From Dicyema japonicum (taxonomy: Eukaryota > Animalia > Dicyemida): a stretch of DNA of 33,000 nt. Under the pieces are notes generated by a model. It was given only the letters and a program-made list of their open reading frames with translations, did not search any database and was not told the DNA's origin. The stretch is taken from contig RDEW01000053.1 in NCBI GenBank assembly GCA_011109175.1, forward strand, positions 288,662 through 321,661, read 5' to 3'. Each line of letters opens with the position of its first letter. The first letter of the stretch is position 1. Below are positions 1 to 9,846 of the stretch, piece by piece. The translations under genes and the position numbers were made by a program.

Positions 1-1200
1 CGAGAATGACATGTGCATGTAAAAAGTCACTCCAAGGATCCTTTGAGATCTTCTAAAAGGAATAATTTCATTTTTTGTTTTCAGTTCGACCTCTGTCTTC
101 CCAGTCTCTTGTCTGAAGTTTGACGGACTTCTGGCTGTTGGCAACTGACGATTCTTCAATAGCTATTCGTCAAGACGATCCCGATTTTGTTGCAATCTCG
201 AAGTGGCGATCTGGATGTCCTGATCACGTGAAGCAATTACAACATCGTTGCCATAAGTTAGAATAATATCATTTTTGGTGTCCAGTGTGGGGAGGTCCGC
301 CATGAATAGATTGAATAATACTGGAGACAAAAGGTATCCTTGATGAAACCACTAGGAAGAAGCCGTGAAATAGATCTTGACTGGCCAATGAGACGCGTCC
401 TCTCCGACAACTAAGAAAGTTGGCTAGTCATAGTTTAAGCTTTCCAGGAATCTTTCTTAGTTAATTTTTCCAAGTACGAATCCACATCGACAGCGTCAAA
501 AGCTTTGTGGACGTCTATGGAACAAATTACAGTCTTCATATGTCCCGGCCTGTGAGAAAAACCATATCGTATAAAGTTAGTCAAAGCAGATAAGTAGATC
601 GAAGTAGACCTCTCCTTTTAAAACCATGTTGAAATAACAAATCAGAGAGAAAATTTTTAATCTTCACAAGACCCAGTCTTTCCAGAATTTTCAACACCGA
701 ACACAACAACGCGATCGGTCCTTCTTCACTTTTCCGGGTTTCAAAATTGGACGAAGGTGGGCAAGTTTCCATAAGGCAAGAATTTAATTTTTGTCGATAG
801 ACTGGTTGCAGCGATTTCATAGTCCCCAAGATTCTCAAGGAGGATTATTGGGATCTTATCCGGTCCGCTAGAATAGGTTGTTTTAATTGCTTTCAATAAC
901 TTTATCACGTCGTTTTCAGTAAAGTAAATCATTTCCTTTTCATTTTTCAATTTTCTGAGATATTTCTGGGGTTCATCCGACTTCGTATGGTCCTTATGGG
1001 ATATTTTCACATATTATTCTATTAGGTTATCTAACTCATATTGGCTATGATCCACCTTAGACGATCTTTCATCCTTTCTTAAAGCGGCTCAGATGATCTT
1101 CCAAATTTCTTAGTGGGTTTATTTCTATTCTATGAAGAGAACACATGCTTCGATCTCTGTGCTTTGACCTACCTGTTTTTTAATTCACTGTTCAAAGCCA
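1..1200 (-). mobile_element. Decayed non-LTR retrotransposon (Jockey/I-like) reverse transcriptase region
   Basis: Minus-strand translation across frameshifts gives RT motifs in order: FTENDVIKLLKAIKTTYSSGPDKIP, GPIALLCSVLKILERL..FQHGFK, SIDVHKAFDAV, HQGYLLSPVLFNLFMADLP, TYGNDVVIAS (degenerate YADD) and ILGVTF. It has many stops and runs off the window start. Confidence 0.85.
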
Positions 1201-1339
1201 ATTGTCAGCTGATTATAAAAAGACGGTCATATATTACAGTGATACGCTGTTATGTGCAGTGTACTGCATCATTTGTTAACTAGTGCATTTAGCACACATG
1301 CATAAATTAATGTAAGTGTGGGTTATTGCTATGAAAAGG

Positions 1340-1530
1340 TAGATGGTTGATCCTGCCAATAGTAATAAGCTTATTTTACAGATAAGCCTTTCATGAGCAA
1401 GTGCAACTTCATGCTCTCTAATGAACGAGACCGCTGACGGCTCATTAAATCAGACATAACATACTAGTTTTTGTCAAACTACGGAAATTGCTGTTATAAA
1501 TTTAGAACTAATACACATGTAAAGCTTATT
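1340..1530 (+). rRNA. 18S rRNA 5' fragment (probable pseudogene)
   Basis: TGGTTGATCCTGCC at 1344, then GATAAGCC, GGCTCATTAAATCAG and AGAACTAATACA match the conserved SSU 5' end in order. Similarity fades after ~1530 (possibly extends to ~1635), and a protein gene starts at 1685. Confidence 0.8.
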
Positions 1531-1684
1531 AATTCTGGTCTTATTGGTCTTTTGTTATTTAATATTAAATGATTTGGTTTATAAAATATTAATTCTAATA
1601 AAAATATAATTTTATTTATATTTACTGGATAACCTAAAAAGTAAATAAAATTTAAAACTTAAAATTAAACGAACGACAATTTAC

Positions 1685-3327
1685 ATGTTTAGTGTACGAC
1701 AACATTTACACAAACGAACTGGAAAATTTGGAATTATTTGGTAATAAACTTATAGTAATCAAAGGCTCGCTGCCACTAATTATGGAAAAATAAAGAAGAA
1801 TGACTACTGCAAGTTAGACATAGTTGAAAACTGGTTAAGATCATGATTAACATAAAGTTATGAATTGTTAGCACACATGGAAGGATTGAACCAATATAGC
1901 AGAATATCGTTGTATTTTTCGGGAAAACTATTTATTGGAATCGTTAGAATTCATTTCAAACAGATTTCGCTGTTAATCGGTAAATCATTAAGTAATAATA
2001 ACAGAGGATATTATGAATTTGATTAAATCGTTCAGACGAAAAAAGACAAAATCTGATAAAAAGTCACAATTATGTTCAGAAATTCGTTATATTGACTTTG
2101 ATATAGAAGATATTCCCAATATAGTATTATATTATTTAATATTTAGTCAATTTCAGGTTGTTCTGACATTTATAAAATATTTTAGACAGTTTTGCTGTTG
2201 ATCCTCGCTTAATATCACTACCAGATGAATGGGTTAGAACTGAATCCGTCATTGAGGATTTGTTCCCTGCTGTTGATGAAAATGATTATCAAGAATATTA
2301 TAATTTATTACGCTCTTTGCCAATTCGAGCGGAACAGCCGCCTTCACTGAAGCGACAAAGGTTGTACTGTTTACTTAAACAAGTGACACTGATTTGGATC
2401 CTTCCCCCAGCAAAAGGATCCTTCCTAATCAAGATATTGGGCCTTTGCAATCTCCAAAGGTATTAATTTTGATATTTTAAGTATTATTCATTTATATTCA
2501 TAACCATTCAAGTGTTACATTAATATATTAATTTATATTTATAATCATTCAAGCGTTACATTATCATATAAGTGTTTATAGTCAAGTGCAGTATATGTAC
2601 TTATATTATAGGTTAAGGCTTTGAGGAAAAAGAAATTGCAAAAGGATAATCCCTCAAATTTTAGTCTCAGCAAATTAAGAGAAAATCGTGTAAATGGAGA
2701 TAGGACACTATTACCTTTTGTATTATCAAGTACAGTCCCAAAGATAGCCCAACAAATGAACTCCTTAGTCAGCAAATATGGTATAATAATATATAATATA
2801 AGAATTATTGAATGATATGTGTACACTAAAATATACTACATTTGTGAGAAAATCAAATATAAACGAATTAATGGACAGTAGAACGACTGCCCTTCGTAGC
2901 ATTGAAATGATGAGGCATCAAAGTGACAACGAGGAGGGAATCGGGGATACCAAATGAGCATTCCAGAGAGAGATTCCCATGAAATACTGTTTTTATTTAT
3001 AAATAATTTAATAGTAACTTATCAGTGAGTGAAAAAACGAGCGAATATGGACCACAGATACCTATTCTTCAGGACATTTCTCAATCAAGTTCAAGGAAAA
3101 TCCCAATTAACGAAAAAGTTCTTTCAAAATGCAAGGAATGCATGTCCTCACAAAAAATGACAACATTCTCATCAATTTGTCCTCCAACTATGTATTCTAA
3201 AAGTCGTGCTGCTGAGTACTTTAGTGAGATTTTAGGTAACAATGTAATATATAAATTAGTCCTCTGCAAAAATAATAAAATCAAATGTCATCAAAATACG
3301 GAGGATATTCAAATTACTATTTTATGA
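1685..3327 (+). CDS. REC8: Rec8-type meiotic cohesin kleisin (Rad21/Rec8 family), ~410 aa, about 12 introns
   Basis: Removing GT-AG introns 1741-1764, 1834-1857, 1980-2004, 2124-2146, 2157-2185, 2361-2383, 2460-2581, 2591-2611, 2781-2802, 2923-2966 (uncertain), 2989-3014 and 3236-3259 gives one ORF. The N-terminus MFSVRQHLHKRTGKFGIIWLAAT..RISLYFSGKLFIGIVRIHFKQISLLIEDI resembles Rec8 (TGCFATIWLAAT; SLYLSAQLQIGVIRV) more than Rad21. It carries the separase-type motif SIEMMR and a C-terminal winged-helix-like FSSICPPTMYSKSRAAEYFSEILVLCKNNKIKCHQ. Confidence 0.88.
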
Positions 3328-3735
3328 TTTGTTTAAATTAGTTTTTGCTTTTAATTCCACGGGCTTAGTAAAAAAATCAATAAACTAAAACCATCTTTTT
3401 TAATTACCGCAAGAGAAATGAGAGTTATCATATATTTGAGTTAGTCGCCCGTCCATGGCATCTCTATACGATCTGTCTTTGAATTCTGGATTAATTTCCA
3501 CAAGCTATGTTTCTTCTCATTTCTTGGGGAAGATGACTTACGGACAAAGTTAATGGTTTGGAGTACTTGTCCATTCTGAAAAAATCACTGTTATCCATAT
3601 TAAACGACGTTGAAGATAGCGAAGATTCATTTGGGATTCCGTTTGAGAGAAATCGTGATTTTTTTACTTTTGATTATATAATATGACTTGTTTTCTAAGG
3701 TCGCGGTCTGTATATTATGATAAATGCAGTCCAAT

Positions 3736-3782
3736 GGTGTGCATGGTTGATTCTGTTAAACGAAGCATTAATTTTTAAATAA
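3736..3782 (+). rRNA. Short internal 18S rRNA remnant with deletion
   Basis: GGTGTGCATGG|TTGATTCTGTTAAACGAA resembles SSU GGTGCATGG..(~30 nt missing)..GGTTAATTCCGTTAACGAA and directly abuts the 28S remnant. The match is short. Confidence 0.45.
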
Positions 3783-3788
3783 CTAAAC

Positions 3789-4694
3789 CCGTACCATGCA
3801 TCCTCTGGTAAATCGATAAACGTTGATAAAGGAATTCGGCAAAATAGATCTGTACCTTCGGTCGAAGAAATGGCTATACGGGTTGAGTCTATAGCTCTAT
3901 TTCTGTTGGGTAGTTTGATATTCCTTGATATAGAGGAGGTAGAACTGGCATTAAAAAGCCGTAGCCTTTGACGGTTTTACGCAGTGTGATTTCTACCAGT
4001 GCATTAATTTTATCGTGAAGAGATGCACTTACGCACTGGTAAACGTGAGAAACTATATGATTCTCTTAAGGTAGCCAAATGCCTCGTAATTTAATTGATG
4101 ACGCACATAAATGGATTAACGAGATTTCCATTGTGCCTATCAGCACTCTAGCGAAATTACAGCCAGAGTAATGGGCCTGCGAAATAAGGGTGAATGACCC
4201 TTTTGCGCTTGACTCTAGATTGGCATTGTTAGAGGACATTGATATAGTGGTGGGAATTGATCTATAGACGACAATTTGAAATCACTCCACAGTCATCGTC
4301 TTACTAATTTATTAATGCCTTACTTATACCGCAAGACCCTGAATAAGTGGTTCGGATTCGAAAACAGTGTCATTTGAGAGTTTAGCTAGGGTGGTAAATC
4401 TAACAGATATCAGGCATGGCGCGAAAATGTAATAGTTTTCATCTTTTGCATGTTCAGTTCGTATGAAAAACTCGAAAGCGTAACCTATCAATTCTTTCAC
4501 TTTTAAAAACTTTAAGCTAAAGGTCACAGAAAAGTTACCACAGGGATACAATTGGCTTTTGGCGCCCGAGCGTACATAACGAAGGTGCTTTTTGATCCTT
4601 CGATGTTGGCTCTTACTATCATTGCAAAGCATAAATCGCAAAGTGTAGGATATTCACCTACTAACAGGGAACGTGAGCTACTAACAGGGAACGT
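3789..4694 (+). rRNA. 28S rRNA domain IV-V fragment (pseudogene, multiple deletions)
   Basis: Collinear LSU motifs: GATAAAGGAATTCGGCAAAATAGATC, TCTCTTAAGGTAGCCAAATGCCTCGT, TGGATTAACGAGATT, AGAAAAGTTACCACAGGGATA, GATCCTTCGATGTTGGCTCTT and ACAGGGAACGTGAGCT. Several conserved blocks are missing and the copy is truncated at both ends. Confidence 0.92.
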
Positions 4695-4864
4695 CATTTG
4701 AGGCATTATTATTTATTATTAAACAGTACAGTAAAGTTAATTTATCAACAGATTGTGTCTCTAATTGTCTAGAGTGATAGCTGTGTTATTCACACAAGAT
4801 TTGGTGAGAGAGTATTACAGTTATAAAACATATAATGGAGTCAAAACAACATAAACAATTACAG

Positions 4865-5498
4865 TGAAGTCCCTTGTATATCACTTCAAGAACTTTTAGT
4901 TTAAGATTAAATCTTCCTTTAAATCTATGTAGCCATTAATACAATCAAAATCATTGATTCCAAGGTTTTCACAATATACTTTAGGTGTGAAATGATGAGA
5001 CCTTTCTGGAATAAAACCATTAATTCATCTATTCAAAAAGTGAATTATTAAGTTGATGTTTACCACTTGGCTTTCATGCTAATCGTAGTTTCAAAGTTTT
5101 CCAATTTTCACTTTTTTATAATTTCTGAAAGTGTAGAAGTTCCTAAATAAAGGTTCATTTTTATTGCACAGATATGGGATAATTCCCTGAGAGCTATTTT
5201 TGATGTATTTTTTTTATTTCACAAATTTTTTTTCCATGCAATATAAATTTGGGACCTTTTTAATATGTGGTACTAGTAGATTTTAAATTTAAATGTAAAT
5301 TTATTTGAATGTATGATAAATACAAAATAAATTAATCCGAAATTTTTAATAAATGTCTTTCGGATTGCGGATTATGAAGTTTCGGTTTATTGAAGCCTGT
5401 TTGTATTAAAACTTTGTAAAATTTTACTAACTCATCATAAAAATTCGGATTTTTGAAGTTTTCGGATTATTGAAGTTTGGATTAATGAACGTTCGCTG
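4865..5498 (-). mobile_element. pogo/Tigger-like DNA transposon, 5' end remnant (copy A)
   Basis: Terminal motif CAGCGAACGTTCATTAATCC with AATCCGAA subrepeats. Decayed CENP-B-type HTH (VYCENLGINDFDCING..RFKGRFNLKLKVL). It is an inverted homologue of 13636-14010. Confidence 0.8.
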
Positions 5499-5649
5499 CA
5501 ATAAAATTCTAGTGGTTAAGTATATTCCTAAATACTCTAAAAATAGTTTTTTCCAAAAAATAATCAAACGTAGAAAAAATTCTTCCGTCCACGAAAACCA
5601 ACATATCGTATATTTTTAAATTAAATATCAATAAACCAACTATCTATTT

Positions 5650-6620
5650 ATTTTGTGGTTATCCGTAGAAAATGACTTTAATAAAAACACCTGCTACGAA
5701 CAATACGACAGTCTACTTTCGATAGACAAATCTCTCAAACAAACTTTTGAGTCACTAATTAACGTCCTTTCGACGAACCTGGTTGGAAGCAATGTAAGTT
5801 ACCTCTGGATTTGGAGGTGTCGGTCTAAGATCGGCGCTGGAGGTTGCGTCCCGGCATATCTATCGTCTCTCTCAAGCTGCAGTCATTTGACAAAGCAAGT
5901 CCTTCATAAACTATTGGACTTCGCTGGAATGAGTTATTTGACGAAGCTTGTCGGAAATGGATCGTGTCCCGGACTTAAAATCCCCGAAGACACAACAAAG
6001 CAACGTAATTGGGATGACATTGTCTTCTCCAAAATTTTGGAATACCTTAAAAAAGCAAATCAACAATGTCTGGCTTATTTGGTGTCAGCTTCAAGTGGAG
6101 GGAGTGGAGCACGACATGGAGCAATACCTTCTATACCTATAGACTTTCTTGGACGACGAATCTTTGAGGATTGGAATCGGACAAAAGCTAGGACTAGATG
6201 TTTGCCAGGAGCACCTATGCCGCTGCGGGAAATAGTCGATTCGAAGGTGTCGCACCCGCTGTCCTGCAGAAGAAGCGACGGAAGATGTTCACATCACGTT
6301 GCTTTGAATGATGTGATTGTCAAAGCTCTGAAGGCTACAGGTTTCCATCACAGCTTGAATCCGTGGGTCTCGGTCGTGGAGATGGACCTTTTTCTCTTAC
6401 AAATCCAAAAGATATTGGTCTGGGACGCAACTTGTTTTGATACGTATTCAAAAACGAACTTCCTTAAATCGGTTAGACACGTGGAGCAACTTCTTTAATT
6501 GCGAAAAACCTAAAAATCAAATAAAAAATTCTTGCCTTGGGGACCGGTACCGCTTTCTCTTGTTGCGGTCGAGTCATCAGGAGTCGTTGGTCCAACAACG
6601 TTTTTCTTTATGAAATTTAA
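5650..6620 (+). mobile_element. CRE-clade non-LTR retrotransposon C-terminal region (Zn knuckle + restriction-like endonuclease), decayed
   Basis: ORF 5653-6498 and the frames that follow: VPAYLSS, QRNWDD, HPLSCRRSDGRCSHHVALNDVIVKAL, LVWDATCFDT and RYRFLLVAVESSGVVGP. Confidence 0.85.
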
Positions 6621-6670
6621 TCAAATGATCCTAGATTAATTTCTAATTAATATAAAACCGCCACCGCGAA

Positions 6671-6756
6671 CCCCTAATCCAACAAACACTCAAAATAAAA
6701 CCCTAACTCAGAACCGTAACTCTAATTCTATACCCTTATCCAAACTTTAGCTCTAA
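6671..6756 (+). repeat. Degenerate 6-nt-period TAACCC/CCCTAA-like tract
   Basis: Units such as CCCTAA, GAACCG, TAACTC, TAATTC, TATACC, TTATCC and TAGCTC; only two perfect CCCTAA. Confidence 0.4.
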
Positions 6757-7339
6757 TACGTAAAATTACAAAATAATAATAATTTTTAATCTTTTTTAAC
6801 AAATTGATCAATCATATTCAATTTTAGATAGACTTGAAAGATAAATCCTTCCAAACGTTCACCAGATTCACTTTTCACTGTATTAACTCCACATTTCTTA
6901 TCAACTATTGTGTATCTCGTAATTTTCTTCTAATTGTATTGAATTGGATTTTGAATTCTTTATTTTTTCGAGTGTTTCTTTGTTGAGACTTACTAAACTA
7001 ATTCAGACACGATATATTTTTTTAAATTATATAAAAAATTATTTTTTGCAATCTGTATAGAGCGTGGTTACACCAACCGTCTGTCACATTATTTATTAAA
7101 ATTATGATATATATAACTGCATTATGTTAGTTAGGACTTTATTTAACTCTAATTGGGAAGATGTACAGCCAGAATATGTGAAGTGCATGGCGTCGTGGTG
7201 AATGAATGTTAACATTTACCTCTCTTGCTCCCACTTTAAAATTACTCCCACAACAGTTATAGTACCCCCTAGCACTTATAGTATCTCCTAACTCATTTTT
7301 CTAATTTTGCTAAATTACATAATTTTTTTGACTAGAATG

Positions 7340-8798
7340 GACGACCTTGACATCGGTCTCCCCTTTCAAAGAAAAACGAAATTTTTTAATTTTGTCTAAA
7401 AACGTGATTGGCGTTGCCAGGGACAATTATTTTAGACTTTGACATCGATCCTCCATCTCTCATTTCGGAGGAAAAATGAAATTTTTAATTTTGTCTATAA
7501 ACATGATGACATTGCAAGAGACAAAAAGCTACAGCTACTGTTGAGTATAGTATCCTTAAAGCTCTTGTAATACTTCCTAAGCAATTATAGAACCCCCATA
7601 AAAATAATATTTTTTTGATCATAAACATCAAGGGAGTTATTCTCCCTAGCCTACTTTATGGGTGCGAGGGGTGGTTCTTCTCTCCGAAGAGGGCGAGATC
7701 TTATCCCTCCTAGAGAAGACTAGAAGAGCTGCAATTAAGCTCTCCTTAAAAAGAAACTGAAAGACTGTTTAAACGAGGACGAAAACAAGCTCCTGGAACC
7801 AATTGGCAAGATTGTGGAGGATCGGATCAATGGTTTCAGGAGGAGATCAAAGGTCCAGGACACATACATAAAGCTGGAGAAAAAAGATTAAAAAGCTGGG
7901 GAGAAACGTTCCGAAAAAGATTAATAATAAAAAAAAGGAGGAAGGGTCCAGGTGTGGAGTCCAAGCCTTATGGTAGGACTCAGATGTAATACCCTCCAGA
8001 AATCTCCTTAACTCTTTTGTCAATAAATCGTTGTTGTTGTTGATCATAAACATTTTTAAAATTATTTTTTATAATGTTACCTGTAGAGTTTTATGTTAAC
8101 CTTAGTTCTATCTGTAATACAATAGACATGCTAGAGGAGTGGGGCTTATTACCGGATCTTTCATTATAAAAATGTGTGAAATGTGAAGGGAATTTAGAAA
8201 TACGGATAAAAATAGACAAGTAAATACAAAGTACTTCAGGAGTTGTATAAAATGAAGAAATGGAACATGCCTTTTTAATAACAGCTTTTTTCGTATCAAT
8301 TCGAAAATGGAGGAAAAATTGGTAAACTAGATATTACTGTTTGGTTGAAACTAGTGTTTTTATATTTCGAAGGCAAAACATTAAAGGAAATAATTGACAT
8401 CGTGGGTATTTAGAGCAGCCACGCAGTTATAAACTGGTCAAACTTCTTATTCGAAATGATATCTGATTTCTTAAACTCAAGAGATAAAATTGGAGGACAT
8501 GAAACAGCTGTAGAAATCTATGAGAGCCTAATGAAAGCGAGAATGAAAAATCACCAGGAAAGGATGCAGATAGGTGATCTCGACCTGGATATCAAAGTCT
8601 CTCATATTTGTCCCTTGCAACACCAATCGCATTTTAGACAAAATTAAAAGTTTCGTTTTTTCTCCAAAAAGGGGACCGATGTCAAGGTCTCTCATATTTG
8701 TCCTTCGCAACGCCAATCACTTTTCATGACGAAATTAAAAATTTCATTTTTCCTCTGAAAAAAGGGACCGATGTCAGGGTCGCGAATGAAAGTAGTGC
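7340..8798 (+). mobile_element. Merlin (IS1016-like) DNA transposon, internally deleted, with long inverted arms built of ~90-bp tandem units
   Basis: Inverted arrays at ~7342-7525 and ~8590-8790, each with about two ~90-92-bp units (GACCTTGACATCGGTCCCC...AATTTTGTCTAAAA..GATTGGCGTTGC). The internal remnant at ~8170-8575 encodes KCVKCEG and KLDITVWLKLVFLYFEGKTLKEIIDIVGI*SSHAVINWSNFLFEMISDFLNSRDKIGGHETAVEIYES, matching the Merlin IGGxGxxVEIDES motif. Confidence 0.82.
7620..8045 (+). mobile_element. Non-LTR retrotransposon 3' fragment nested inside the Merlin element
   Basis: RT thumb motif IKGVILPSLLYGCEGW at ~7630; ends with AATAAA followed by (TTG)4 at ~8020-8042. Confidence 0.6.
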
Positions 8799-8802
8799 TT
8801 TG

Positions 8803-8895
8803 GTCAGAGTATTCCATGCATCGTACGGGACACTATTGGATGACGACGCCATGAGAATTGGGGTTTGCGTCCATGTATGCGTGGCTTATAGAGCT
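8803..8895 (+). mobile_element. Small CRE-clade fragment
   Basis: HASYGTLLDDDAMRIGVC matches the CRE GTLLDDxxxRIxV motif, also seen at ~20130-20190 on the minus strand. Confidence 0.55.
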
Positions 8896-8899
8896 GGGT

Positions 8900-9040
8900 A
8901 TTAGTCAACAAGAGTGTTCACAGATAATGTAAATATTGAAAAGTGGAAATACTCTTCTATAGCAAACAAATAGAGATATCACAGGAATGAGTTTATAAAA
9001 TATTAATCAACAAGAGTGTTTACAGATAATGTAAATATTG
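8900..9040. repeat. 39-bp direct repeat, two copies separated by 63 bp
   Basis: ATTAGTCAACAAGAGTGTTCACAGATAATGTAAATATTG (8900-8938) and ATTAATCAACAAGAGTGTTTACAGATAATGTAAATATTG (9002-9040), with 2 mismatches. Confidence 0.9.
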
Positions 9041-9199
9041 TGTATCTTCGACGCAGAGGATGAGCTACTGTTTCTCAGATGCATGCTCCTTGTGGGGACC
9101 GTCGATATCTTGGACAAATATGAGAAAAATTGAGGAAATGCAAAAGAGGACTTACAGAGTAACGGAGCGTTGGATTTGTGAAGATCGCCGAACCAGACC

Positions 9200-9790
9200 T
9201 ACGCCTCTGGAGGCCCTTATGAGACTGGACTCCAGATAACGAGAAGGTGGCCTTGAAAATTCGTTCATGCGCGGGCACGAAGAAAGAATATTGGGTAAAG
9301 TCTCTGTTAGAATGCATCGTTTGGTTTTACCGTGGTCTTGGGTTAAATAAAAATAACATCATTCAAAGAGTTCCCCTGGACGGCACTTCCCCTTATTCCC
9401 AAGATTTGGAAGAACTTTTTTATCATACCAGTCTTGATGCCTGGAAAACCTGAAAGAGAACCTGCTTCGTACAGGCTGATCTCCCTAACCAGCACATTAT
9501 CAAAATTTCTTGAAAAACTGGTACTATCCACCATTACCTCGGACCCCCCCCCCCTGCTTTTCAACACAGTTTACGTACAGAAAGGTCCACCACCACCCAT
9601 TTAACCACACTATCCCAATTCATATCCTATAAATTTAATGCCACCCCACCACACATGCGAACTACAATAGTATCAATCGACATAAACAAGGCATTCGACA
9701 CAGTCCCAAAGAAGAATTTTGATTTAAAAGTTCGTCCAAACATAAAGCTGTGGTAGGCCAACTTTCTCTCTGGGCGACGTGGGAGAGTCG
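9200..9790 (+). mobile_element. Jockey/I-like RT fragment, same family as 16180-18230
   Basis: SYRLISLTSTLSKFLEKL, FQHSLRTERSTTTHL, VSIDINKAFDTV and NIKLW*ANFLSGRRGRV, read across frameshifts. Confidence 0.85.
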
Positions 9791-9846
9791 TTTATTTTCT
9801 CTTTTTTCTCGGTGATCCTGGGGTTCTAAATAAATAAAACCAAATA

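Noticed and set aside
2881-2985. 18S-like motifs (GAACGACTGCCCT, GGGAATCGGGG, ATTCCAGAGAGAG) plus a GAACGAC repeat at 1671 and 2881 that suggested an insertion with a TSD splitting the 18S
   Set aside because: The segment lies inside the REC8 coding region, which includes the SIEMMR motif and is needed to link the N- and C-terminal domains. Chance similarity is the simpler reading.
3400-3700. Tc1-like peptide on + (NGLEYLSILKKSL) or exon remnants on - (LVEINPEFKDRSYRDAMDGRL)
   Set aside because: Neither reading gives a consistent model or a diagnostic motif.
8900-9040. 39-bp direct repeats with a 63-bp spacer as a CRISPR array
   Set aside because: Only two copies, eukaryotic context, no cas genes and no palindrome; this is a local duplication.
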